Below, piece by piece: positions 26,117 to 37,141 of a DNA stretch of 64,000 nucleotides. The DNA lies in the NCBI GenBank assembly GCA_044892525.1, contig CM097887.1, positions 11,346,001 through 11,410,000 on the forward strand, given 5' to 3'. How positions within the stretch are numbered: the first letter of the stretch is position 1; every line of letters starts with the position of its first letter. A program made the position numbers and the translations under genes. Under the pieces are notes generated by a model. The model was not told the DNA's origin. It worked only from the letters and a program-made list of their open reading frames with translations, and did no database searches. Source of the DNA: Schmidtea polychroa. Its lineage: Eukaryota.

Positions 26117-26878
26117 TTACACGAAATCTTCTCCTTCGGCAATCATCTCATCGATGTCGACTGGTAACCGACGATCCGATATAAATTTGAGGCCTTCGGC
26201 CGGAATTCTTCTAAAGACTTCTTTCGAGGGGATGGAATGGGTGGAAGATATTTCTTTGATTGTTGATTTCGCCGCAGATAAAGACGCCTCGAGTGCTGCC
26301 ATTGCATCTCTACGTTTCTGATTCTTTTCTGCTCTGGTGGGCCGTTTGCGTTTGCGAGGTGGCGGATTGTTGTCTACTGCAGATGTGACGACGGGTGCCA
26401 CAAGAACTGGAGCCAGGATAGAATCAGAAGGACCGCCTGCCATTGGCCGATAACCCGACAGTACCGGGGCTGGGATGGGCGGCAGATGTGAGCCGTGCCC
26501 TTGGCAGTTCGAGGTGGAAGATGTAGATGACTGGTGGTGAAGAGGAAAAACATTTGTTCCATCCAGGACGGGAAATTCTCGCACCCGCTTGGCCAGTTCC
26601 GCCTCCGTGTAGAACTTGTGGAGGGCTTCGGACTGGGCTTTGATCGTGAGCCTTTGACAGCGGCTCTCCTCCAGGAGGCTGTCTCGACAGTGCTCCAATC
26701 TGAGAATCTTAATCCGCTCTTCCTTCATCTGTGGCGGGGAGAACCAAGTTCCTTCGTATAGATCTATACGCTTTTTGAGAGCCCCAATGTAAAGGTGGAG
26801 TTGGGCTATATCCGCGTTCTTGTCTGCACAAGAAAAACACGGGCGAAGTTCCTTGATAGTGTTGGACGGTGTTGACAT
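26117..26878 (-). CDS. Unit A ORF, 253-aa coiled-coil protein (CxxC, basic NLS-like patch, acidic tail), family unknown
   Basis: Intact and GC-richer than its flanks. About 52/80 identical residues (my count) with 37142-37891 over the N-terminal domain. A YAG acceptor (CCTTCAG) lies immediately before the ATG. Confidence 0.8.
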   Translation of the reverse strand: MSTPSNTIKELRPCFSCADKNADIAQLHLYIGALKKRIDLYEGTWFSPPQMKEERIKILRLEHCRDSLLEESRCQRLTIKAQSEALHKFYTEAELAKRVREFPVLDGTNVFPLHHQSSTSSTSNCQGHGSHLPPIPAPVLSGYRPMAGGPSDSILAPVLVAPVVTSAVDNNPPPRKRKRPTRAEKNQKRRDAMAALEASLSAAKSTIKEISSTHSIPSKEVFRRIPAEGLKFISDRRLPVDIDEMIAEGEDFV

Positions 26879-29799
26879 CTGAAGGTTTAATCAGTTTTTA
26901 TGCGTAGCCGCAATATTCATTTGAGTGGTATTTACAATTTGGAATGCAGGCTTCAAAATTTCGTCAATCATACCGTTCAACGAAACCCCAAAACAACTCT
27001 TTACCCTATCTCGGCACTCACATTCATTTAATTATAAAACATTCAAATTAATTCACCCAATCCCAGTAATTTGAGAAAAAGAAAACGGGGAATCCTCGAA
27101 AAATAATTTACTTGATATAAAACTCAACATTTAGGTTTACTTTCGGATTGGATAGTTACCATTTGTTATTTTATTTGTTTGTTATTGTCAATTCCACCCC
27201 CTTTATTATATTTCGTAATATTTAATAATCCAAACCTTGTTACCGTGATTTGTTGATTTGTACATGCATAATGTTATAAAGTCATGATTCGGTGTCATTA
27301 GTGTCTAATTGTGAGGTCTTAATTCTGATCAAAGCTATAAAAATCAACATCTATTATTTAAAAATGTTTTAAAAATTATACGGTAATTACTTTAAGCAGT
27401 GCGCCGTAAACGTCGTCATAGTGACGCCTACTCGTATGTGACTGTGGGTTATCATTAATTCCTGCTGTGTAGATTAGTGCGTCATTGTTGTGTTGATCTG
27501 GGTATATGCATTTCATGAGTTATTACCTATCTGCACTATTAGAGAAAATTGCACGTCGTGTTAATTCGCGATGTGGTCCAATCCTTGCACACAATCTCGC
27601 CATCTCAGGCACTATCCATATCATTATGTAATCGTGATGTCATCGAAAAATTCACTGTTTAGATTTATTACTATCCTACCGGGTGGGAATTTGGCTATAG
27701 TGTGCCTGAATGCGTGTATTCTCAAGACAAGGTAATTGGAGGAGAAAGCTGAATCGTTACGAGTATGGGGCAAATCCGGAGAATAACGAGTGAACTAGAA
27801 TCGATAATCAGATTTTCTATCGTGTTGTTGACTCAAGACAACAACTGTCAATGCGTTCACTCAACAATCGTTGCGGAAATTAGTATACTATCTCTCCCAT
27901 CAGATTATGGCTGGTCATCTAATACGGTTAACTATAAACTGGCTAAAATTCGTTCAACGATTAACCGATAACGCTGACAGCGGTTTCTCTTATGCCTGTA
28001 GTAAGTATTCTGATAATTCATCATGATTTGTTTACTTTATTTTCAGGAAGAAAATGCTTATCAGTAACCCAAGAGTCAATAATTCAGTCTAAAAGTGCAT
28101 CGACGATGGATTTAGCAGCTAACGTCCTGGCGATCCAAACCTCGAAAAATTCATGGTGACCGTTTACTGGAATCTTATTCTAATTTTCGCGTAACTGAAG
28201 ACTACTATCCATGGTTGTTCAAGTAACTGCGATTCGAAGACTTAAGGAATAGTCGTGTCAAATTGGAATTTAATGAAATACCATCGCACACGGTGATGAA
28301 GATTTTTGGTTTACAGTTTCTCCGGGAGTCTCTATGGATTTAACATTAGCATCAAATGTCGTAGTTTCCAATTCTCTATGGACAGTACTTCCCATGCCGA
28401 TCACTGATCTCACTCGGTGAAAGAATCTCTCTCGATGCATTTATATCTTCCGCCAGATGTCCTCACCCCTCCTGACTCACCCAAGAACGGCATACATTTC
28501 TGCCACCGCTTAGACCGTCAGGAGGGACGAATCTATCTCTTCCATCTTCAAAAATAAATTGATAAATAAAAAAAATGGAATAAATAAATCAATTCTACCA
28601 AAATATTATTACAAAATGAAAATCATCTACCTGGCGACCGCGACGTCTGAGCTTCGGATATGATGCCTCATGCTACAATGTATTTCTCTCTATCATTTGG
28701 ATCATAAAATGCTGCATTCCATAGAAAATTACTCGGTTGACCTCAAGGAATTAAACTTCTCGTATCCATTCCCATTATGCTCCTCGCAATTCCTCCCCAT
28801 TCGCCGCATCACATCCGATTCCCAGACGACACCGTCGTCGGCACCATAGAAAAAGAGGCATCTTTGTGATTCAAATTTTTATTTAAATAAAATTATTGTT
28901 ATTGTTCATTATTCCATCATAATATACTAAACATTTATCATACGAAATTCAATCACTTACCAAAATTTCCCCTGAAAGTGTTGAAAGTATAAATCAAAGT
29001 GCCTCGAATAGTTTTCCAACTGAAATATTTGGTTCGTTAAAACTCGATCTCTGTCCGGTAAGTTTGAGTAAGTTTGAGTCAGTTTCCGATAGATGGTTCC
29101 TGTTCAATGCTATAGTATTGACTATGAAGTGGTTCTGTAGAGTATTTGTTAAAGTGGTTTGATAGGTTGCTAACTAGTCCTGTAGAATACTCGTTGAAGT
29201 GGTACCCAAAATTAACAAAAATTTTACCTGTAGAATACTCGTTAAAGTGGTACTCTACAGATATTTCGCATTCCTTTTATATTATTTTTCGTCCAATCAG
29301 GACACGACTTGTTTGTAATTTTATTATTATTTATATGTTTTTTATTATAATACACTGGATTTTAATGACCTTATCTATTTTTTGTTATTATTTTATTTAT
29401 TTTCCTATTTTTTATTATTTTCTCTTGTTTTTCCTGCGGATTTTTTGCTATTTCATTGTAATATAATTTTTTGTTATAATTAGTCTATGCATTTATTTGA
29501 GAATGGTTTTATTTCTATTTTATTTTCTTAATTTCTCGTTTATTTTCTTAAAAATTTTTTTTATTTTATTTTCCTTTTATTGTTAGGCTTATTGGGTGAT
29601 TTTCTTTTTATCTTATTTTCTTAGAAATTTTATTATTTTTATTTAGTTATTCCTATTTCTTTATTGTTATTTAATTTGTTTTTTCCTATATTTCTCTGTA
29701 GTTCTCTGTGAATTTTATTTTTTATTTATTCTATTCCTTCGTGTGGTCTCTTTTCTCATCTTTGACTCGACTTTCAACACTTCCAGAGCTTGACCCAAC

Positions 29800-30466
29800 A
29801 CCAAGTTGATGACAGGCTAATACACTAGGTTCAACACGAACACTTCGTACCAATAATTTTGCATCAACTCTGACATATTGGTCTCCCAGTTGCAGAAGTT
29901 AATGTTAGTGCGGAATATGATCTTTTCAAACGCATATGGACATTAACTCCCGGGAGTAAATATTTAGGCTGATCCATAAAGTCGAGTTGTAATGATGAGC
30001 ACATGGTAAATTATTTTGAGCCCTTAATCCACAATTTTCGTTCATTATCTGTAGCTGCATAACCCATTGGAGTAAGACAAGTATTTTTAGTATTGGTATT
30101 ATAATTTAAAATAGTTTCAATTATAGCCTTGTGAATATATGTATTGTTTCCACCTTCAATCTTGATATTATTAAAACCGAGAATAGAATCTTTAAAAAGT
30201 GTATGAAACAAGAATTTGTTCGGTATTACATCTGTAGCTTCACCCAAAGCTTTTTTATCTTTATCTACAACCTTAATCTGAACAGTTAATAAAGTATCGT
30301 TCAACTCCAAATATTCAGTTTGACTCCCGTTAATGTAAAATTCAACATCATTTCTACTATCTGTAAGAGAATTCATAGGAAATACTTCTTCAGAAGCCCG
30401 ATATTTAATTACGGCTTGAGGTGATGGTCGCTCAAATATACACAATTCAGATTTACCACAAATCAT
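29800..30466 (-). pseudogene. Polinton major capsid protein, N-terminal half
   Basis: CGKSELCIF..P.Q..PMNSL..VEFYING...EYLELNDT..FLFHTLF..NNTYIHKAIIETILNY..K; after a stop, LQLDFMDQPKYLLPGVNVHMRL..LLVRSVRVEPSVL. Confidence 0.85.
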
Positions 30467-30495
30467 TTTTCAAATATAGTCCCATGTCCTCTCAT

Positions 30496-30822
30496 TCATT
30501 TGTTTATATGCGACGACCGATGTTCTTTACGTTTTGCAACAACTGGTTTTTCATCTTTTTGAAACAGACCTGCAACACCGGGTAAAACTTTCCCTATTTC
30601 AGCCATGGCATTTGTTTTCAGAGATGGTAATATTTTTTGATCATTCATTATCACATCTTTAGCAGTTTTCATTCCAAAACTACCAAGACGTTTAAGAATC
30701 GGAAGTGCAAATCTACCAATGGTTCGCAACCAGCCAGATTCATATTGTTTCCCGATAAAATATTGTAAATCTCCGCCTGTTTGACTACCACTATACATAC
30801 TAATAATATCGCTATTAGCCAT
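30496..30822 (-). CDS. Small Polinton virion protein (pVI/cupiennin-like amphipathic peptide precursor)
   Basis: QTGGDLQYFIGKQYESGWLRTIGRFALPILKRLG resembles the Q.G.G..L..L.R.A.P.LK motif of the ORF found beside MCP in Polintons and adintoviruses. Confidence 0.6.
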   Translation of the reverse strand: MANSDIISMYSGSQTGGDLQYFIGKQYESGWLRTIGRFALPILKRLGSFGMKTAKDVIMNDQKILPSLKTNAMAEIGKVLPGVAGLFQKDEKPVVAKRKEHRSSHINK

Positions 30823-30829
30823 CTATTTT

Positions 30830-31075
30830 TTGAAAATGTAGAGTTAGATGAGATTTTGTATCTTTTGGAAAGTTGATCAGTTTCCCGCTATCATCGCGTA
30901 TATTTATTTCTATATTGTTTATACATGAGGTTGAAATATATACACCTTTCATTTATGAAAGGTGAAGCAGATATCTTAGATATTCGAACAAATAATTTGG
31001 TTTTTTAACTTTTTCAATTTTTCTATCAAGGTACAAATAACTGTATTTTCTGAGGAAATATCAACAGATCTAAAT
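30830..31075 (-). pseudogene. Polinton penton (minor capsid) C-terminal remnant
   Basis: NIEINIRDDSGKLINF...SHLTLHFQK matches IEI.IRD..G..I.F.....VTLHFK. Confidence 0.6.
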
Positions 31076-31079
31076 CCAT

Positions 31080-31551
31080 TCAGTCATCGGTGGGATGAAT
31101 GATTATAACTGTGTATGATTTTCGGCAAAACATGTATCAACATTTTATTTCCCTGGTGTACAAAAAACCGTTTGAGTTTATCTCTCTATGTCCTATTAAA
31201 TCGTTCAACATGAGCGGCTTTATATTGAGAATGTACAGTATAGTTATTTATTTTTGGATAATTTAAAATTTGACTAACTTTACTATAGTAAAATTCTTAA
31301 CCCAAATACGTTTGTAAATTATAAGGGTGACCATCGTTAAACATTGTTTTTATGGCTTGGCCCATATCATTAGCCGATTTTGTTTTTACGGGAGTAGCAC
31401 GAGCAAAACGACTGAAAACATCAATACACGTCAAAATATATTTGTAACCATTATAGATTTTCAAATACGGTATCATTTCCATCAAATCCATTTGCCATAA
31501 ATTGTCAATACCGAATGTCTTATATGCTCTGGTTGGAAATCTTTTCCTCAT
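31080..31551 (-). pseudogene. Polinton retroviral-type (c-int) integrase fragment
   Basis: RKRFPTRAYKTFGIDNLWQMDL..NGYKYILTCIDVFSRFA..P.KTKSA..LQT..G.EFY. N-terminus lost. Confidence 0.88.
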
Positions 31552-31594
31552 TGGTTTGTTTAAACTGTATGCCAGTTGTCCCGATAATAGTTAC

Positions 31595-31765
31595 TGTTTC
31601 GACCAGTCAGAGGGGGAATGTCACTTACCTCTGACTGGCGGCTTGTTTGGAGGTTTTTGCATCGCGTCTGTGTGCGCGGTAAGATTGGACCGAGTTTTGT
31701 GAGTGTGCGCGGTAAGATTGGACCGAGTTTTGTGAGTGTGCGCACACAGACGCGAGAAGTAGGTT
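31595..31765 (-). repeat. Terminal module copy 2, with an internal 33-bp tandem duplication
   Basis: 11-bp stem CCAGTCAGAGG/CCTCTGACTGG and 16-bp stem TCGCGTCTGTGTGCGC/GCGCACACAGACGCGA enclosing (GTGTGCGCGGTAAGATTGGACCGAGTTTTGTGA)x2. Confidence 0.9.
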
Positions 31766-32099
31766 GTTTTTTTATAGTATAGTTCGGTTTTTTAGATTTG
31801 ATTTAGAATTGAGTGAGGTTGTTTTAAAAAGAGACTTTTTCTGGAAGAAAGAGTTACTATTATTTGAATTTCAATGAACAACCAAATTGATCCTGGTTCA
31901 GTTGCCCCTCTGTTATTACAACGGAAATAAATGACATGAAAATTGTAAGAAATTAATTAAAAGCTAATTAAATATTCAAAAATGTAAAATCAATAGTTTT
32001 GAGCAGGGATGGAGTCGATTGTTAAACGAGTACACCTTTTTTGAGACATCACTGTCGATTCTCCACCCACCATCGACATACTCGGCCAAGCAACTGTCA

Positions 32100-32680
32100 C
32101 AGTTTATTTTGTCTATGTATAATATCTCCATTATTCTTTCTTCATTTTTCACCAATTCAATATTCCACACTTTCCCCAGTTGCATTTCATTTAGTGACCA
32201 GTTTTCACTTAATGTTCTCATAAGCAATCTACAATGTCGTTCTCTGACTACTTCAGGTTTCAATTCCACAATTGACGCATTGTCTTTCATGTACATCTTT
32301 AGAGGCGTGCGAACGAGTTCAAGTGATGCGTGTTGTTTGAAACTGTTTGATAATTCGTTCAATTTCTCGGATAGATCCAAAACTTCTTATGCATTTTGAA
32401 CATTCTGACGCCCTTCTTTTAGTCTATTAAATTCCCCTTCAACGATTTGAATATTATTAACTGCTTCTTCAGGTGTCAGATCTCCTGCTGTTGGTTTTTC
32501 TTTTTCCCAATTACTCAACATTTCTGTTGTCTTTGGTTCATCAATTTTATCATCTGATAATTTTATGATCTGACCAGCCCGACAAGCCTCGTCTTGCTTT
32601 ACCCATGTATTCATTTTTCCTTTTATATTTTGTGTGTTCGTAATGACGTTAACTAATTCGTTAGTTCCTCCAGAATAGAA
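32100..32680 (-). pseudogene. DYNC1H1: Cytoplasmic dynein heavy chain tail-region fragment, intronless, with internal deletions
   Basis: TTEMLSNWEKEKPTAGDLTPEEAV..EGEFNRLKE and QHASLELV..LKMYMK.N..IVELKPE.VRERH..LM..L...W...EM.LGKVW..EL.KNE match dynein-1 heavy chain. Premature TAA at 32387. Confidence 0.85.
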
Positions 32681-32819
32681 TAATTGCTAATCTAATTCAT
32701 TTTGAGCTCTTTGCTCTTCATTAGAAGCCTTACTCCTGTCGAGTTGGGTTTCCTCAATTTCCCAAAATTCCCGTAACTCGTCATTTAACTTTTCCGTTTC
32801 CGCAAAATAACTCTATCAA

Positions 32820-35150
32820 ATGCAAACATCTTAGAGCTTGATTTTTGTAATGGCTTCCTTTTTTTTAATTTTTAGTAATAATTTTACAATGAAGAGTTAT
32901 CAAGTATTTCTTATCAAGTATTTAGGAAATGATACACTACTGTTATTAACATGCAATAAACAGTATCTTACTACACCAATGTTTCCAACCACCATATTGT
33001 CTGTGGTCCTGAACACCGTGAATAATGAAGATGCTTGCCATTTCTTTTTGTTTTAGAACTGACTACGATGTAAATGCCAAAGCGCTACTTGGGATTGTCA
33101 TGATTACACAGATGAAAATCATATCAATATGATTGTGAAAAGATGAGTTTTTAACACAATTTGTCAATTGACTTTCGTTTTTTAATAATGAAGAATTAAG
33201 TGATACTGTTATGTTGTGATCATTATTTTCCATTTTTGAGAAGTTATTGTTAAACAGATAAATCAGTTTATTTTCAATGAAGGTGACTTGCCATCGATGA
33301 GTTCGCTTTTCGCTTGCAATATTGAATTTTGATTACGAAATTTCTTGGTTTCGGTTCAGATACTGAGTTCGCTCTTAGTTGGTATTCGTTTAATACCTCC
33401 TGAATTTTATTGTTTACAAAAACATTTAGCCATTGTCTGACGCCTTGACGGATTGACACAATTATTTCCTTGTTCTCAATTTTTATTTGAACTTGGTTAG
33501 TTTCTTTAGCCAAGTATACTGCTTCATATTGACTTTGAACTTCTACCCATTGATTGGTCATATATGTCCCATTATCATGAATGAGTTTTTCGTAATAATG
33601 TATTGAAAGACTGTCGGTGAGATTTACTTGAAAATTTTTATATTTAACAAAACATTTTCTTTTATTTAATGTTTCAATCGTATGGTTTTGGAAAACAATT
33701 TTGACTTTCTGTTGCTCTTCTGCCTCTCAATATACATGAATTTCATTTATCATCGGTTCAATTTCATCAAAATTCCTCCACTCATTTTTCCAAATGTTAA
33801 TTTGTATAAGGTTATAAATTCTTTGAGTAGCGTTTGTTTGAACCACGTATTGTTTAATGGTTCAAGGTAATTTATAATTTGTTGTTAATCGACGCGCTTT
33901 TCTCATAATTCAACGTAACAGATGATTCTAAAGGATTCAATAGATTGCTAACTTCTATTTGTCATGATATTTCACAATGATATGTCCACACAATACTGGT
34001 AAACGTTGAATATATATAAATTTTATCCAATAAGGGTATTGTTATTCCACTTGCATTTGCTATGATATTTATTAAGACTACTGTTATAAATAAAACTTTA
34101 TTCATATATCCCAATGGCGTAGGGTTTTTTTGAAATTTTTGTTGAATGATTGTTCCATCGTTAAGTTCTTTTTGTTTTGATCGTAATTGATATTCCATTT
34201 CAGATACCTTTTTACATCGATTGGAATGAACTATAATTGTTTCTGCTCTTTTGTTATATATTGGATGTAACTTTAAATTAGTTGCCATAGCATCATACTG
34301 TGAATGAACCTTTGAATGGTCTTTGCAATTTTGTTGATAGGCCTTTTATTAGTTCTGGTTTGTTGAAATATACTAAATCTCCGATTTATATTCCATGCTC
34401 ATGCGCCTTTTTATCATAGCTTTCCTTGTATTGTTCTTGACGATACTTTATTTTTAACCCCATGCAGATTGTAATCGTTCTTGCATCATTACTTTATAAT
34501 TCTGAGCGTCCAATTATTGGGGGTTGAAATTCTAAATCAATTGGCATGTTGTTTCGTCTCAAATACATTAAATAAAAAGGTGTTTCGCCCGTACTCTCGT
34601 TAACTGCATTTAGATAGGCAAACAGACATGGTTTAATAAATAAGTCCCAATTCTTTTGTTTCCGATTCACATATGATGAGATCATATTGATTAAAGTACC
34701 ATTAAATCTTTCTACTAACCCATATGTCTGAAGGTGATTTATTCAGTTTGTAAATACCAAATAATTCTGTAATAGAGTTAAATAAATCACTTTGAAAATT
34801 TGTTCGTTGGTCTGTTAACAATTTCTTTAGAGCTCCATATCTAAATATAATCTTTTCGACAAATATTTGATCGACTATTTCTGCTTTCTGATTTGGTATT
34901 GCGTACGCCTCTGGTCATTTTGTTAAATAATCACAAAATACAACAATATATTTATTTCCATTTGTAGTCTCGGGTAAGGGCCCGATAATATCCATTACTG
35001 AAAATTGCATTGACGCTGCTGGTATTGGCATTGGTTTCAATGGAACCTTTATTTTCTTTCCCGTATTTCTTCGAGTTAGACAAATTTTGCACGTAGTATA
35101 CCAGTGCTTTACATCTTGGTACATTGTATTCCGATTCATCACTTTTATTA
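32820..35150 (-). mobile_element. Decayed gypsy retrotransposon 3' part: integrase followed by a possible env-like ORF
   Basis: CKIC..R..K.PL.P..MDIIGPLPETTNGNKYIVVFCDYLTK*PEA; RYGA..LLTDQ.TNFQS; WDLF..LFAY..NESTGETPFYL; IIVHSNR. A downstream hydrophobic leader (VLFITVVLINIIANAS) and Cys-containing fragments suggest env, which is weakly supported. Confidence 0.8.
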
Positions 35151-35154
35151 TACT

Positions 35155-36082
35155 TTAATATACCTTCGTGCTGGTTTTGCTCTTGGCGCGTTCGTTGAGT
35201 CTTGTTTGGAACGTTCTAAGCGTTTCGCCTATGTACGATGCGTCACATCTTGTGCAAGTGATTTGGTAAACAATGTTCTTTGAGAAGCAGAAACATTTGG
35301 TGGGGGATTGGCATATACAATCTCGATGAAATAGGTCTGATGTTAGAGATTTTTGAGACTTACGAAGCTGTGATTTCAAAGGTGCAGCAGTTGTAATAAT
35401 TGGGCGAATATGAACTGGCAGCACCATATTGCGAATGAAAGCTCTGATTGTATTACATGTCCATTGTTTAAAAAAGGAAGCGTTGGTATATTACTCGCTT
35501 ATTGATATGTTGCTTTTGTGTATTATGATGCCTATTAGAGTTATATTCACTCAAGAAGTATTTTTCTACGAACTCCTTTGGGTATCCATTTTGTAAAAAC
35601 CGTGTTTTAAAGTTTTCCAGGGTTTCTTGTGTTTTCGTTTTGTCCGAACAGTTCCGAATTGCTCTTTTTCTCTCTCCTACTAATAGAGTGATTTTTCTTT
35701 GGAGTGTAACGCGACTTTCCCACTGTGTAGACTTTTAGTGAATAAATCTGTGTTGAATGTGAGTGTGTTTGGACCTTCAGAAGGACTTATAATGGTATCT
35801 AGGAAAGCAATCTTCCCTTCTGGGTCAGGTAGCTCAAGAGTGAATTGTATATTAGTGTTAGTGGAGTTTGCATGTGCCAAGATTATATTGAGAGGTACCG
35901 TGGAGACTATGAAAATGTCATCAATGTATCTTTTCCACATCAGGATTTTATCTCCGAAAAATGATCAAAAATTTGATTCGAGATGATGCATGTAGAAAAT
36001 GGCTAAAATCGGCGAAAGGTTATTGTTACCCATAGCTAGACCATGAATTTGTTTGAACGGTTTTCCTTTAATTAATACAATA
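35155..36082 (-). mobile_element. Penelope-like element RT plus C-terminal GIY-YIG endonuclease (5' part in the gap)
   Basis: KQIHGLAMGNNNLSPILA; WKRYIDDIF; IQFTLE..IAFLD; ERKRAIRNCS..NGYP; CFSKNIVYQITCTRCDASYIGETLRTF.TRLNE. Frameshifted. Confidence 0.92.
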
Positions 36083-36756
36083 NNNNNNNNNNNNNNNNNN
36101 NNNNNNNNNNNNNNNNNNNNNNNNNNNNNNNNNNNNNNNNNNNNNNNNNNNNNNNNNNNNNNNNNNNNNNNNNNNNNNNNNNNNNNNNNNNNNNNNNNNN
36201 NNNNNNNNNNNNNNNNNNNNNNNNNNNNNNNNNNNNNNNNNNNNNNNNNNNNNNNNNNNNNNNNNNNNNNNNNNNNNNNNNNNNNNNNNNNNNNNNNNNN
36301 NNNNNNNNNNNNNNNNNNNNNNNNNNNNNNNNNNNNNNNNNNNNNNNNNNNNNNNNNNNNNNNNNNNNNNNNNNNNNNNNNNNNNNNNNNNNNNNNNNNN
36401 NNNNNNNNNNNNNNNNNNNNNNNNNNNNNNNNNNNNNNNNNNNNNNNNNNNNNNNNNNNNNNNNNNNNNNNNNNNNNNNNNNNNNNNNNNNNNNNNNNNN
36501 NNNNNNNNNNNNNNNNNNNNNNNNNNNNNNNNNNNNNNNNNNNNNNNNNNNNNNNNNNNNNNNNNNNNNNNNNNNNNNNNNNNNNNNNNNNNNNNNNNNN
36601 NNNNNNNNNNNNNNNNNNNNNNNNNNNNNNNNNNNNNNNNNNNNNNNNTTGGCTGTTTCGTTCGTGGCTAGTCTAAAGGTTGATTGCCCGTCCTGCATAG
36701 AATACTCTCACATTTCCAACCCGGAGTAGAACCCCCCCCCATAACTTGCACTCCAA

Positions 36757-36858
36757 CATAGTGCCCGTGAATTGCTTCACGTTGGTACTGCACTATGCAG
36801 GCGAGACACTAGTAAGCAGGTGAGCTTCTGCCTTAAAACTACTCCTTACTGAGGCCTC
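36757..36858 (-). ncRNA. Conserved structured RNA element (unit B copy)
   Basis: Helices AGUAA/UUACU, GCAG/CUGC, CAUAGUGC/GCACUAUG and GUGA/UCAC. The linkers AGUAGU..UAAG, GCUCAC and ACCAAC are conserved with unit A. Confidence 0.6.
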
Positions 36859-37141
36859 GACTTCCCATACTAGACGGTCGATAGAAGGGCTTACGTCATT
36901 TCGAACTATCCGAATATCTCAATTACCGGTAGATTTAATGCCAATTGGCTGACACTCATCAAACTTCGAAAAAATCTATGTGCATTTCTATGTTCAACCC
37001 TTACAAATGAAAACAACTGGAACAGAATAAATTTATTTCTTTTTCAAATATAAACAACACAAATTAATATACACAGTTGGAGGGGCCATACGAAGTAGTA
37101 ATAATGCAGTCGATATTCACTAGACTTTCTGCTTAAGAGTC

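Larger units (their letters stand above)
25241..29800 (-). mobile_element. Unit A of an unnamed element family, inserted into the Polinton MCP gene
   Basis: Separates the two MCP halves, with no clear TSD. Order on the minus strand: A-rich tract, CCAAT motif plus short tandem repeats, decayed spliced region, intact ORF 26117-26878, structured RNA at about 25690-25791, terminal module 25284-25397. Confidence 0.75.
20053..31551. mobile_element. Decayed Polinton/Maverick (adintovirus-like) element, minimum extent; termini not found
   Basis: pPolB (+) converges on a minus-strand module of protease, major capsid, pVI/cupiennin-like protein, penton and retroviral-type integrase. It is interrupted by unit A (about 25241-29800) and truncated at about 31560. 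Confidence 0.88.

Noticed and set aside
27670-27725. HAFRHT as a tyrosine-recombinase box II motif
   Set aside because: The downstream LLGH/Tyr motif is missing and the aligned unit B sequence lacks the first His.
36053-36698. 207/208-aa ORFs across the second gap
   Set aside because: Almost entirely X; only the ATG at 36698 is kept, as a hypothesis.
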